64,000 bases of DNA from a virus: positions 32,001-96,000 of IMG/VR virus record IMGVR_UViG_3300032323_002909; one strand, written 5' to 3'. Within the stretch, counting starts at the first letter, position 1, and each line of letters starts with the position of its first letter. The position numbers and the translations under genes are program-made. The notes below the pieces were generated by a model. The model was not told the DNA's origin, ran no database searches, and worked only from the letters and a program-made list of their open reading frames with translations. Shown one piece after another: positions 1 to 10,127 of this stretch.

Positions 1-326
1 TTGCAAGAGATGGTAGACGAACTATTACAAATTCAGATACAAACAGGGCATATCACGCAGGTCCATCTATATTTAAAGGTAAAACAAATTTAAATAATTG
101 GTCTTTGGGTGTGGCATGGGAACGAGACACTTACAGTGAACCTTTATCCAATGCCGCTATTGAAAGTGCTTTGGAATATATTTTACCAAGAATGAAAAAA
201 TGGGGAATTACTCCTGACAATGTTACCGACCATAGAACAGTTGCTCCCAATCGAAAAGATGATTTGGCTCCCAAAGAATATGCGAAGTTTATGAAAATAC
301 TTCGTGAACGATGGGAAAAATATTAA
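1..326 (+). CDS. N-acetylmuramoyl-L-alanine amidase (Amidase_2), 5'-truncated by window edge
   Basis: Frame is open from nt 3: ARDGRRTITNSDTNRAYHAGPSIF..NNWSLGVAWE..DHRTVAPNRKDD. AYHAG, SLGV-x-E and H-R-x-V-APxRKxD are amidase_2 motifs. Confidence 0.8.
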   Translation, partial: ARDGRRTITNSDTNRAYHAGPSIFKGKTNLNNWSLGVAWERDTYSEPLSNAAIESALEYILPRMKKWGITPDNVTDHRTVAPNRKDDLAPKEYAKFMKILRERWEKY

Positions 327-628
327 TTTAATCGTTGTTTTATTTTTGATAGGGCTAAACGCACCGCATTATGTTCGGACGAGTCGCCCTCAAATTCTTT
401 TTCTACATCTGCAATGATTTCGAGAATATTTGATGGTTCTTCTTCTTGTTCACCATATACATGAGATGTTACCATGGGTGGTGCGACCCCTATAGTTTGT
501 TTATTATAAGAAAGTTTTGTCCCAGCACTTTGAGGAGTTTCTTGATTTTTTACTCTTTGTGGGGGATTGAAACCAGTTTGATATTCTAAAATTAAATCGG
601 AATATATGTTTTGTAAAAATTTATCCAT
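323..628 (-). CDS. hypothetical late protein
   Basis: 101-aa ORF preceded by TAAATA-ATATC-ATG. Confidence 0.6.
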   Translation of the reverse strand: MDKFLQNIYSDLILEYQTGFNPPQRVKNQETPQSAGTKLSYNKQTIGVAPPMVTSHVYGEQEEEPSNILEIIADVEKEFEGDSSEHNAVRLALSKIKQRLN

Positions 629-676
629 GATATTATTTAATTTGCAATTCTAAAAAAACATGTTATATAATATATT

Positions 677-1285
677 ATGAATGTTTTGTCCGATAAATAT
701 GCTACCAACGTTTCTTTAGACGATAACGAAGATGCTGAAATCGATACTAATTCAACGATTGAAATTATATCTAATAAAATTTTATTTTATGGAGACATTA
801 CCGAATCCAATATTCTTCAGCTTAACAAAAACCTTTTTATATTGGATTCTAAACTTCAACGCCTTAAACATTCGCTCGATGGTTATGAGCCTGTTATAGA
901 ATTACATTTAAATACTTTTGGTGGTTCGGTCTATGCAGCGTTGGCAACCGTTGATACCATCCGCAATTTGAAGACCAAGGTTCATACGTATGTTGATGGT
1001 AGTGTCGCTTCTGCTGGAACATTGATAAGCATAATAGGTGGAAAAAGATTTATGGGTAGCCATGCCCACTTATTGATACATCAATTGAGTGATGGTATGT
1101 ATGGCAAATTTCAAGAGATGGCTGATACAATGTATAATTGCACGAATCTCATGAACATGTTAAAAAATTATTATAAAAAATATACCAAAATCCCAATGAA
1201 AAAATTTGATGATTTAATTAAAAAGGACATTTGGTTATCCGCTGATGAATGTCTTCAGTATGGAATTATTGACGAAATTATTTGA
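677..1285 (+). CDS. clpP: ClpP-like serine protease
   Basis: LNTFGGSV, VASAGT (Ser), LLIHQLS (His) and KDIWLSADECLQYGIIDEI motifs. Confidence 0.85.
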   Translation: MNVLSDKYATNVSLDDNEDAEIDTNSTIEIISNKILFYGDITESNILQLNKNLFILDSKLQRLKHSLDGYEPVIELHLNTFGGSVYAALATVDTIRNLKTKVHTYVDGSVASAGTLISIIGGKRFMGSHAHLLIHQLSDGMYGKFQEMADTMYNCTNLMNMLKNYYKKYTKIPMKKFDDLIKKDIWLSADECLQYGIIDEII

Positions 1286-1390
1286 ATAATGTTCTTGCTT
1301 TCACAATCCACTATGCTAGTATTTAGCACATCGAGCAAGAAAAAATGAATACGATAAACATTATTTTCTGGGGCTAAATAATAGACGATC

Positions 1391-2365
1391 ATGAGTATTT
1401 ACGACGAACAAATTAGTAGAAAACCAAACAAATATCCTTGGACAGAACAATTCATTAAAGTTATGCATGACGGTTTTTGGACTGATAAAGAATTCAGTTT
1501 TAAAACCGATTTACACCAATTCAAAACTGCATTAAACGATAAAGAACGCGAAATTATTGTCAGAACTTTATCCGCTATTGGGCAAATTGAAGTTGCTGTC
1601 AAAACATTTTGGGCTAAACTAGGAGAGAATTTACCACACCCATCTCTATCCGATCTTGGTTATGTGATGGCGAATGTTGAAGTCATACACAACAATGCAT
1701 ACGAGCGTCTATTATCCGTATTGGATATGGAAGATATTTTCGAGGAGAATCTTAAATTGGAGTGGATACAAGGACGAGTGAAGTATCTCAAAAAGTATAC
1801 TCATCGTTTCTACAAAGATTCCAAGAAACAATATTTATATGCTCTCATTTTATTCACTCTTTTTGTAGAGAATGTTTCTTTATTTTCACAATTTTATATT
1901 ATCAATTGGTTTGCTAAGAATAAAAATGTTTTGAAGGACACTGATCAACAAGTTCGTTATACAAGAAACGAAGAAGCTATCCACGCTATGGTTGGCATGA
2001 AAATTATCAATACCATTCGCGAAGAGCATCCTGAATTATTCGATGAGGAATTAGAGGAGCGTATCGCACATGAATCAGAGCAAGCGTTTTTAGCAGAAAG
2101 CAAAATCATCGATTGGATGGTCAACGGTATTGACGAGAGTGGTTTGTCTGCACCTATTCTCAAAGAATTTATCAAAAATAGGATAAATGAATCGTTGGCG
2201 GGTATCGGATTTAAAAAAGTGTTTGATGTCGATCAGACTTTGTTAGATGAAACATTCTGGTTTGACGAGCAAGTTCTTGCTCCAAACATGACGGATTTTT
2301 TTAATTCTAGACCAGTGGAATACGCTAAAAATTCACAATCTTACGACGAAGACGAATTATTTTAA
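1391..2365 (+). CDS. nrdB: ribonucleotide reductase class I beta subunit (class Id/NrdBi-like)
   Basis: Ferritin-like ligands E67, E97-x-x-H100, E160, E195-x-x-H198, plus Y104 and K71. C-terminal DFF..RPVEY. Confidence 0.95.
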   Translation: MSIYDEQISRKPNKYPWTEQFIKVMHDGFWTDKEFSFKTDLHQFKTALNDKEREIIVRTLSAIGQIEVAVKTFWAKLGENLPHPSLSDLGYVMANVEVIHNNAYERLLSVLDMEDIFEENLKLEWIQGRVKYLKKYTHRFYKDSKKQYLYALILFTLFVENVSLFSQFYIINWFAKNKNVLKDTDQQVRYTRNEEAIHAMVGMKIINTIREEHPELFDEELEERIAHESEQAFLAESKIIDWMVNGIDESGLSAPILKEFIKNRINESLAGIGFKKVFDVDQTLLDETFWFDEQVLAPNMTDFFNSRPVEYAKNSQSYDEDELF

Positions 2366-2368
2366 TAT

Positions 2369-4021
2369 ATGACAAGAGACAAATACTATTGGTTAAATGA
2401 TGACTCCATTAAATTTTTGGAGAGGGGATATCTAGAAGAAGGACAAACACCTTTATCTAGAATTGAGAAGATCGCGTTAACAGCGCAAAATATTTTAGGT
2501 ATTGAGGGATTTGCTGATAAGTTTATAGATTATATGTCTAGAGGTTATTACAGTCTTGCAACGCCTGTATGGATGAATTTTGGTAACAAAAGAGGCAACC
2601 CAATCTCCTGTTTTAATAGCCATATTGGAGACAGCATAGAAGACTTCTTGATTAAACAGGCAGAGGTCGGTATGATGACAAAAGTTGGCGGCGGCACTTC
2701 TGGATACTTTGGCGATATTAGACCACGTGGTTCTAAAATTAGCACAGGTGGGACGGCAGAGGGAGCAGTGCGTTGTATGGAACTATTCGATACTGTTACT
2801 AGTATCGTGAGTCAAGGAAGTGCTAGACGTGGCAGTTTCGCAGCTTATCTACCAATTGATCATGGTGACTTCGATGAATTTATGAAGATTCGTTCTGAGG
2901 GACATCCTATCCAAGAAATGTCTATCGGTGTAACAATTCCTGAAGGATGGATGCAGTCGATGATTGACGGTGATAAAGAAAAACGCCGCCGATGGGCAGC
3001 AGTAATTAAAAAGCGTTCTGAGACAGGATACCCATATATTTTCTTCACTGATAATGCTAATAATAATAAACCACAAGTTTATAAAGATAAAGGTTATCAA
3101 CTCAATGCATCTAATTTGTGCTCCGAAATCTTTCTTCCATCTACAAAAGACGAATCGTTTGTTTGCTGCTTATCTTCGCTAAATTTACTATGGTGGGATG
3201 AAATCAAAGAAACAGATGCTATTGAAACTTTGGTCATGTTCTTGGATGCAGTGATGACAGAATTCATCGAGAAAACAAAAGATGATAGACTTATGGAAGC
3301 TGCTCATAAGTTCGCTAAGAACCACAGAGCATTGGGTATGGGCGTTTTGGGCTATCATAGTTATTTGCAATCCAAAATGATTCCATGGGAAAGCGTGGAC
3401 GCTCATTTTGAAAATATATCTATCTTTTCGACAATTAGTGTACGTGCTGATAAAGCTACTAAATTATTAGCTGAAAAATTTGGCGAACCTGAAGTTCTTA
3501 AAGGTTATGGTCGTAGAAATACTACAACTATTGCTATTGCACCCACCACATCGAGTAGCTTCATTCTAGGTCAAGTGAGTCCAAGTATTGAACCATTGAA
3601 TAGTAATTATTTTGTGAAGAATCTTGCTAAAGGAAACTTTACATATCGCAATCCAAAATTGGTTGAGGTCTTGAATGAGAAGGGTAAAGATAATAAAGAA
3701 GTTTGGAAAAGTATTTTGATCCATGGTGGTAGTGTTCAACATTTAGATTTCTTAAGCCAAGATGAAAAAGATGTCTTTAAAACATTCGCAGAGCTTTCGC
3801 AAAAAGAAGTAGTGATTCATGCTGCACAAAGGCAACCATTTATTGACCAAGGACAATCACTGAATGTGATGATTCCAGCAAATACCAAACCAAAAGAAAT
3901 CAATGAATTGATGATTTTCGCATGGGAAAATGGAATCAAATCTTTGTATTATCAAAGAAGCTCCAATCCGTCTCAAGATTTGGCTCGATCCATTCTGACA
4001 TGCAAATCATGTGAAGGATGA
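2369..4021 (+). CDS. nrdA: ribonucleotide reductase class I alpha subunit, no ATP cone
   Basis: PISCF, GGGTSG, SNLCSEI, APTTSSS, SLYY, C-terminal CKSCEG; 550 aa. Confidence 0.95.
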   Translation: MTRDKYYWLNDDSIKFLERGYLEEGQTPLSRIEKIALTAQNILGIEGFADKFIDYMSRGYYSLATPVWMNFGNKRGNPISCFNSHIGDSIEDFLIKQAEVGMMTKVGGGTSGYFGDIRPRGSKISTGGTAEGAVRCMELFDTVTSIVSQGSARRGSFAAYLPIDHGDFDEFMKIRSEGHPIQEMSIGVTIPEGWMQSMIDGDKEKRRRWAAVIKKRSETGYPYIFFTDNANNNKPQVYKDKGYQLNASNLCSEIFLPSTKDESFVCCLSSLNLLWWDEIKETDAIETLVMFLDAVMTEFIEKTKDDRLMEAAHKFAKNHRALGMGVLGYHSYLQSKMIPWESVDAHFENISIFSTISVRADKATKLLAEKFGEPEVLKGYGRRNTTTIAIAPTTSSSFILGQVSPSIEPLNSNYFVKNLAKGNFTYRNPKLVEVLNEKGKDNKEVWKSILIHGGSVQHLDFLSQDEKDVFKTFAELSQKEVVIHAAQRQPFIDQGQSLNVMIPANTKPKEINELMIFAWENGIKSLYYQRSSNPSQDLARSILTCKSCEG

Positions 4022-5794
4022 TTATGATTCTCTAGGATATTTCTTCTCATGAACTTGAGGATACGCAACGGCAACGGAATTATGTCTATTAATTCCGTTG
4101 TTTTGTGCCTCTTTTCTAACACCACTATTCGACTTAGTCAGGTTCAATGGTAAATTATTGAAATGATGTCCGTGCGGAGGAGACACAATAATATCGGGAA
4201 CAGGTAGAGCAAAGACGGGCCAAATACCTGCACTACTACCACTAGCAATGACACATTCACCAATCAACAATGTTCTAGGTGCTAAAGTATTAAATGTACT
4301 ATAAAGAATCGTGTCTTCTGTTTGTTGAACTTCCAGTGGTGCAGTAACGTGTTGTAGATACGTTTCACCTTCTACTGATAGCCCCCCACCCACAATTAAA
4401 TTATTTTTAACACCGAGGGAAGATTCAACATATACCTGTCTATCTGTGCGCAGTGTTATAGTTTTTAAAGACTGTATCTCAACACCTGCTTCCGAACCAA
4501 TATGAATACCATGGGAAGCGTTCATCATCAATTGTTTGAATCCGACTCTCATTATAGTGCCACCCATTTCCATGGAACCAGAAGTTTTTAAAGATATACC
4601 ACCAGAACCAACATTTCTCACATAAGAATTTCCAACTATTTTTACATCTTTACCACAGGGAAAATTAGATGCATTATCAATTTCTTCTAAAAGAGGAATA
4701 TAATCATGATTTTTATACGCGCCCGTATCAGAAACCAACATTTCAAATGGTTGGCTTCTACCTTTCTCATCAATTTTTACAGATGGGTAATCATTAAATA
4801 TCGCACCAATGGTTTCCAACTTATTCCGTTTCAAGACAACGTGTTCGTCTCCACCGTCTCCCATTTTGGATTCTATATCCGTAAGAATCGGTTGCATCTC
4901 TTTAACATAATCATCAATTTTTAAAGTATCTGGATCTGTTGCCCATTGTCCATTTTCTGTAGCTGCTGAAACTTGAGCACCGAATTCCATAACAGCAGGT
5001 GCTGCGGAACCATTTTCCCCAGCACTTTTCGATATATCATTTAAAGTTATTTTCTTAGCCGATGGCATTTCTCCTATTCTTTTGGAAATAGGAGCGTATG
5101 AATTAACATCATTAGTTAAAAATTTAACTGATGGTATTTTTTGATAACCACTAAAAATGCTTTCCACTGTATACGTTTCTGAGCCTATAACGGGGTTATC
5201 AGCGCGTTTACCATCCAGAGGTATAGTTTGACCATTTGGTATAGAAATGCCGCCACGCTTAATTTTAAATTTAGCATTACCTGCTGCAATAATAGCGAAA
5301 GCTTCTTTCCATTCGTCATATGCCCTAAGTTCGCTTTCGTCTTTAAAACCTTTAAAAATATATGACGTGCCACCAATTCTTTTATTATAATCACCTCCGA
5401 TATATTCACTACAATCGCCTTTGATTGTTTCGAATTTATCATTGACTACTAATGTTTGTTTGTTATTAGTAGCCAATTCAGAATTAACCAAATTATTAAT
5501 ATTAAAATTACTGCCTGATCTTTGAGATATTTGTATCCCTTCATTGTCAGAAGTATTGTTTATAGTAATAGATGCTCCTCTTTGATTTAAAATAAAACGA
5601 TTGCGATATTTTTTAGATATTTTAGGTGCTCTATTACTCTCAGATGTTTGTGTATCGTTGTTAGCTGTTTGGGTGTTGTCGGTAGATGTATCTACACATG
5701 GAATAATTATATTCGATAAATCAGAATTGCATTTGTTATCAAATCCTTTATTTTTTCCATTACTGGTATTTTGATTATATTTTTTTGTTGCCAT
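4022..5794 (-). CDS. gp5-like baseplate spike, C-terminal beta-helix part
   Basis: QRSGSNFNI and DKFETIKGDCSEYIGGDYNKRIGG beta-helix repeats; HGHH near the C-terminus; directly follows the gp5 OB-fold gene. Confidence 0.6.
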   Translation of the reverse strand: MATKKYNQNTSNGKNKGFDNKCNSDLSNIIIPCVDTSTDNTQTANNDTQTSESNRAPKISKKYRNRFILNQRGASITINNTSDNEGIQISQRSGSNFNINNLVNSELATNNKQTLVVNDKFETIKGDCSEYIGGDYNKRIGGTSYIFKGFKDESELRAYDEWKEAFAIIAAGNAKFKIKRGGISIPNGQTIPLDGKRADNPVIGSETYTVESIFSGYQKIPSVKFLTNDVNSYAPISKRIGEMPSAKKITLNDISKSAGENGSAAPAVMEFGAQVSAATENGQWATDPDTLKIDDYVKEMQPILTDIESKMGDGGDEHVVLKRNKLETIGAIFNDYPSVKIDEKGRSQPFEMLVSDTGAYKNHDYIPLLEEIDNASNFPCGKDVKIVGNSYVRNVGSGGISLKTSGSMEMGGTIMRVGFKQLMMNASHGIHIGSEAGVEIQSLKTITLRTDRQVYVESSLGVKNNLIVGGGLSVEGETYLQHVTAPLEVQQTEDTILYSTFNTLAPRTLLIGECVIASGSSAGIWPVFALPVPDIIVSPPHGHHFNNLPLNLTKSNSGVRKEAQNNGINRHNSVAVAYPQVHEKKYPRES

Positions 5795-5796
5795 AG

Positions 5797-7044
5797 TTAT
5801 TTGTTTTCGAAATCGTTTGGATAATAACTTGATGCTCCCGATTGATTATCTGTTCTATTTAGTACAGAAAGTCCCCGAAGATCTTGTGTAACGCCAAAGT
5901 AAACGGGAAAATTTAAATCTCCCATATAATGGAATACCCAAACTTTAGAACCAACTTCTGGTATTCCTATAGCTCCTTTCGGTTTATTGCTATGATTTTG
6001 AGGAGCAAAACCATGAGAATATGGATTAGCTTTCATACTGGAACTATCATTTGGTAGTCCAAACACATCACTTATTTTGGTTTTGATAAATTCATATATT
6101 TGAGCGGGTGCTTGGGACAACACCCCATCTCTAGTGATACCGTTTAATGATGGTGATTCCCATGTAGATGAACTATCGGTATTGACATCATTATCATCTA
6201 CTGGTGGTAACAATGATGGGGCATCTTCTATAGGTGGTTCGGATGGTAATTCACTTGTTGCTATTTTATCAGGCGGTGTTTCTTCTGGAATATCTGGAGA
6301 TTTGCCTAATTTTTGAAAAGATGTTATCTTACCACCCCAAGAATTATTTCCATTGTTTCTTCTGTAAACATCGATGGTGGGTGGTAAAGGTCCAGTTCTT
6401 TTGTCATAAGAAGGTACTGTATCACCGTATTGTAACACCAGTGTCCCTTTAGTCGTAGATATTCTAAACCAGTCGTTATGCTGTAAGCCTAGAGATGTTG
6501 CCAAACTTTTAGATATAGCAGCCGATTTTTCGTCAGTTAAACGATTGTTTCGATGACCTATACCGTTACTACTATAGGTATCAGGAGTTGAATCTGAGGC
6601 GTATCCATAATTCGATAATTTGATAGGAGGATCAAATTGTGTAACGCCACCAACATCTACCAAACTAAGATTTTCGGGATCTTCGACATAACCTTCAGCG
6701 TAATTACCATCGGACAGCGTTGCTGTGACATTGTCGCCTTCTCTAGCTGACCTAGATGATCCAGATTCGCCTACCAATGGATAACAAGGTTCTGCCCATG
6801 GTATATTTTCGGCAATTTTATCTACAATTGTGGGATCACTCCAACTATCAACACCAGGTGCCTTGATATTAATTTCATCTAAAGTTCCTAACCATTCTTC
6901 AAACGGTTGATTGGATAATTCTGGTATATAAACTTTGACCCTGTTTAATTTCAAAGGGTCGTCATTTTTAATAACGATGCCTCTATAAAATGATTCATCG
7001 ATTCTTTTTGACTCTGCACCTGAACCACCACCTCTATTAAACAT
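5797..7044 (-). CDS. gp5-like baseplate hub, N-terminal OB-fold with large insertion
   Basis: YRGIVIKNDDPLKLNRVKVYIP..PWAEP and IPEVGSKVWVF..GDLNFPVYFG are the two halves of the gp5/VgrG OB-fold. Confidence 0.75.
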   Translation of the reverse strand: MFNRGGGSGAESKRIDESFYRGIVIKNDDPLKLNRVKVYIPELSNQPFEEWLGTLDEINIKAPGVDSWSDPTIVDKIAENIPWAEPCYPLVGESGSSRSAREGDNVTATLSDGNYAEGYVEDPENLSLVDVGGVTQFDPPIKLSNYGYASDSTPDTYSSNGIGHRNNRLTDEKSAAISKSLATSLGLQHNDWFRISTTKGTLVLQYGDTVPSYDKRTGPLPPTIDVYRRNNGNNSWGGKITSFQKLGKSPDIPEETPPDKIATSELPSEPPIEDAPSLLPPVDDNDVNTDSSSTWESPSLNGITRDGVLSQAPAQIYEFIKTKISDVFGLPNDSSSMKANPYSHGFAPQNHSNKPKGAIGIPEVGSKVWVFHYMGDLNFPVYFGVTQDLRGLSVLNRTDNQSGASSYYPNDFENK

Positions 7045-7122
7045 ATAATACTATTTAATAGTAGAATAGATTATTCAACCATGTGTTATAGTATAAAAAT
7101 ATAGACAGAATGTGTCTATAAA

Positions 7123-7575
7123 TTAATATCCTAGTAATCTTTTTCTACGAGTTTCGGGAATTGATACCGAAATGGTTTCCGAAAATGCCGAAGTAGGAAT
7201 TGTCGTGACCGTGCTAAGGAAAGGAAACACCGAAAAGGTATTATCATTATTCACAATAGCCATCGTGGAATTGTGTAAAGAAGATGGAATACTGAACACC
7301 GAACCCAGAATATTAACCGTAATATTAGGAACATTGGTAAGGGAAAAACCTGATGCAGTATTAACAGTTGTTCCCATCGAAACTTCAATAGGAGTAAATG
7401 CTAAACCAATATCAGAAGTTGATAAAGATATTGTTCCGATTTGACGTGCTGATACGAGAACAGAATCACCCGAAAGATAGGTAACACCAGTAGCTGACAG
7501 AGCAGCATTTGTAATATTAGGAACGCCAGTCTTTTGCGCGGAGAGAATATTGGAAGAGAATGTGTAGATGCTCAT
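7123..7575 (-). CDS. putative virion structural protein (S/T-rich, beta-rich)
   Basis: Late-type TAAATA 7 nt before ATG; S/T-rich composition; lies between capsid and gp5 genes. Confidence 0.55.
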   Translation of the reverse strand: MSIYTFSSNILSAQKTGVPNITNAALSATGVTYLSGDSVLVSARQIGTISLSTSDIGLAFTPIEVSMGTTVNTASGFSLTNVPNITVNILGSVFSIPSSLHNSTMAIVNNDNTFSVFPFLSTVTTIPTSAFSETISVSIPETRRKRLLGY

Positions 7576-7671
7576 ATGATATTATTTAGTCGTTTTGATT
7601 ATTTTTTTACAGAATTATTATTCTACCCCTGATTCTGTTTGTGTTTATCTCGCTAGTTACTAAATAATAAC

Positions 7672-8475
7672 ATGAACATAAATATCAAAGAAAAGAGGTT
7701 GTATATAGTAAGAAACCTAATTAATGGGAAGGTTTATGGCGGCAAGCACTACTGGAGTCCTGATACCAAATATATGGGTTCTGGTTATGCGCTGAAAAAA
7801 GCTTTTGAAAAGTATGGTAAAGAAAATTTTAAAATTCGTTGGTTAAAATTGAAAATAAAATCTTCGGAACATTTAGATCAATTGGAAATACGAATGATTC
7901 GTTTATTAAAACACATTTTTAGAAACAGATGTTACAATATTCAAAAAGGTGGATGTGGTGGTTACTTTACTTATTACATGAGTGATATCGAAAAACAAAA
8001 AGTTTTTAGAAAAATTAGTGAGGGTAAGAAAAGGCAATATGCAAATGGGTTTACAGAAGAACAATTGTTGGGGCATAAAAAAGCCAATCAAAGTAAAAAA
8101 CATAGAATGGACAACGATCCAGATTATTATAATGCCGTTTATATTAAAGGTAATGAAAAAAGAGTGAACTCTTTAAAAGAACGTAGAAAAGCACTTGGTT
8201 TAACTCAAAAAGAAATTGATAGACATAAAGATTTGATAAAATATAGTCAGAAAATAACTACTTATAAAATATTATATCCAAATGGTTTTGAAGTTGTTGA
8301 GACTAAAACTATCACAGAATTCATGGAAACTTATAAAACTGAATATAATATTTTTATAGATGCTAGAAGAAATGGTAAATTCGTTTTTAAACGTAGAACT
8401 TCGATGACTAAACATCCTTTTCCACCAAATACTGAATTGTATATTATAAATGAAGTTCGAGGATGTGATATATAA
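7672..8475 (+). CDS. GIY-YIG (Seg-like) free-standing homing endonuclease
   Basis: LYIVRNLINGKVYGGKH..YMGSG..LKKAFEKYGKENF..E..YNI..GG; inserted in opposite orientation downstream of gp23. Confidence 0.85.
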   Translation: MNINIKEKRLYIVRNLINGKVYGGKHYWSPDTKYMGSGYALKKAFEKYGKENFKIRWLKLKIKSSEHLDQLEIRMIRLLKHIFRNRCYNIQKGGCGGYFTYYMSDIEKQKVFRKISEGKKRQYANGFTEEQLLGHKKANQSKKHRMDNDPDYYNAVYIKGNEKRVNSLKERRKALGLTQKEIDRHKDLIKYSQKITTYKILYPNGFEVVETKTITEFMETYKTEYNIFIDARRNGKFVFKRRTSMTKHPFPPNTELYIINEVRGCDI

Positions 8476-8482
8476 AAACGAG

Positions 8483-8514
8483 GAAACCGCGAGGTCTTCG
8501 GCACTCGCGGTTTC
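8483..8514. terminator. intrinsic terminator hairpin between convergent endonuclease and gp23 genes
   Basis: GAAACCGCGAG...CTCGCGGTTTC 11-bp stem, cTTCGg in the loop, T-rich flanks on both strands. Confidence 0.75.
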
Positions 8515-8562
8515 AAAATATTTTTGGTTGTAACTACTTGAGCTTCAACTATTTATAATTTA

Positions 8563-10068
8563 TTATAAATATGTCGAAACCGAACCAGGTGTAAACGCAG
8601 TACCGAGACCTTTAACGATGATCAAATGGTAGTAAAGATTAGCACCGAAAATGTTATTCACGATACCATAGCGGGTCATAAGACCAACGCGAGGCGCGAA
8701 ATCATTTGGGCCAATCGTTCTTTGCACCATAATGGGGATATATGGGCAGTAGATAATACCAGTGTCATAGTATTCAGAACCTTTGTAACCCAACAGAGCA
8801 TACTCAACACCATTTCCACCGTTAGGCGAATTCGTGTAGGAGTTATTGTTTCTGTAGAGAGTAGTGTTCTGAACTTCAGTCCGAGTATCACGATAAACCG
8901 TCCAGCGGCTACCAACAGTACCAACTTTCGACACACCTACGCCAGCCGTGGAAACGGTTCCACCAACTTCAAATACTTTGAAGTCAGGAAGCATTTCAAG
9001 GATGCTGCATACACGTGGGGTGGCGATAACAAAGTTAGCAGCACCTCTACGGTTACGAGCAGCCATACGACCACTTTCGATGAGCAAGCGTTGATAGAAG
9101 GTAAGATTTCTTTCAGCAGTCCAACGACCATCCGCACTAACAGGGCTCCAAATGGAGAAACCTGCGCCAGCCCCAGCATTGAAGGCTGTTTGGATCATGC
9201 GCATCACAACTTCACGGTCGATTTCGGCTTGGATCTCATACGACATAGCATTCGTAAGTTCACCATCGATATCGATACCGTTCATGTTTTTGATGTCTTG
9301 CTCCAATTCAACCGACCAACGAGTAGCCAATCTACGTGTTCCAGCAACAACAGCGGATTTGTCGAACTTCAACTCGATTTGAGGGATTTTGCCCGTCAAT
9401 TCGTAGTTATTCAGAAGTTCAGCAATACCACGGTCTTGATCTGCGAAGCTCCAATGTTCGGTATTACCCGAAAGGAAGTTCGAAGACGTGCCAGTAAAGC
9501 GTGTATCCAGAAGTTGATAACCAAGTTCGTCACTAGTGGAACTAGTGTCATTCAACGAGGGGAGTCCAGCAGCATCAGATCCAGTGTAGGCAGCTTTTAA
9601 TTGTTCTCCAAACGAAGAACCGTTACCACCACCAGAAGGCTTACCGTCGATACTACCATCGCTCAGAGTATCACCTTGGTAGGCGTAACGAAGAGCAAAA
9701 GCAAGACCAACAGGTCCACCCATAGGCTGAACACCAACGATTTCGTTGGAGATCAATTCAGGGAAAGTGCGTCGAATCATAGGAATCAGAATCTTTGGAA
9801 GACGAGCATCGCCAGTAGCATAGCTATCGCTGTTAGCGATGCCATTACCGACACTACCAGTCGCACCAAACACGCCACCAGAAGCAGCAATGTTAGATTC
9901 TTGAAAGCACCACTGTTCTTGGTTCTCCAAAAGCATAGCGGTCGTTTTGTAAACGTGCTCATTTTGGATAGCAGGAATCGAGTTCGAGCTATAGTCCAAA
10001 ACTTTGCGCCATTTATTAACGGCTTGTTGCATTTTTGAAGTGTTTATATCAGATTGTGGGATATTCAT
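8563..10068 (-). CDS. gp23: major capsid protein
   Basis: LLENQE, IRRTFPELISNEIVGVQPMGGPVGLAFALR, WSVELEQDIK, EIQAEIDRE, YCPYIP, TRYG. Confidence 0.97.
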   Translation of the reverse strand: MNIPQSDINTSKMQQAVNKWRKVLDYSSNSIPAIQNEHVYKTTAMLLENQEQWCFQESNIAASGGVFGATGSVGNGIANSDSYATGDARLPKILIPMIRRTFPELISNEIVGVQPMGGPVGLAFALRYAYQGDTLSDGSIDGKPSGGGNGSSFGEQLKAAYTGSDAAGLPSLNDTSSTSDELGYQLLDTRFTGTSSNFLSGNTEHWSFADQDRGIAELLNNYELTGKIPQIELKFDKSAVVAGTRRLATRWSVELEQDIKNMNGIDIDGELTNAMSYEIQAEIDREVVMRMIQTAFNAGAGAGFSIWSPVSADGRWTAERNLTFYQRLLIESGRMAARNRRGAANFVIATPRVCSILEMLPDFKVFEVGGTVSTAGVGVSKVGTVGSRWTVYRDTRTEVQNTTLYRNNNSYTNSPNGGNGVEYALLGYKGSEYYDTGIIYCPYIPIMVQRTIGPNDFAPRVGLMTRYGIVNNIFGANLYYHLIIVKGLGTAFTPGSVSTYL

Positions 10069-10127
10069 ATATATTTGACTTTCTATTCACATTGTTCAGG
10101 ATTTCTCCTCATAGTGCGGGTGAAAAA

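Noticed and set aside
8626-10038. Long plus-strand ORFs (324 aa, 145 aa) opposite gp23
   Set aside because: Antisense shadows of the codon-biased capsid gene, with no motifs or start signals
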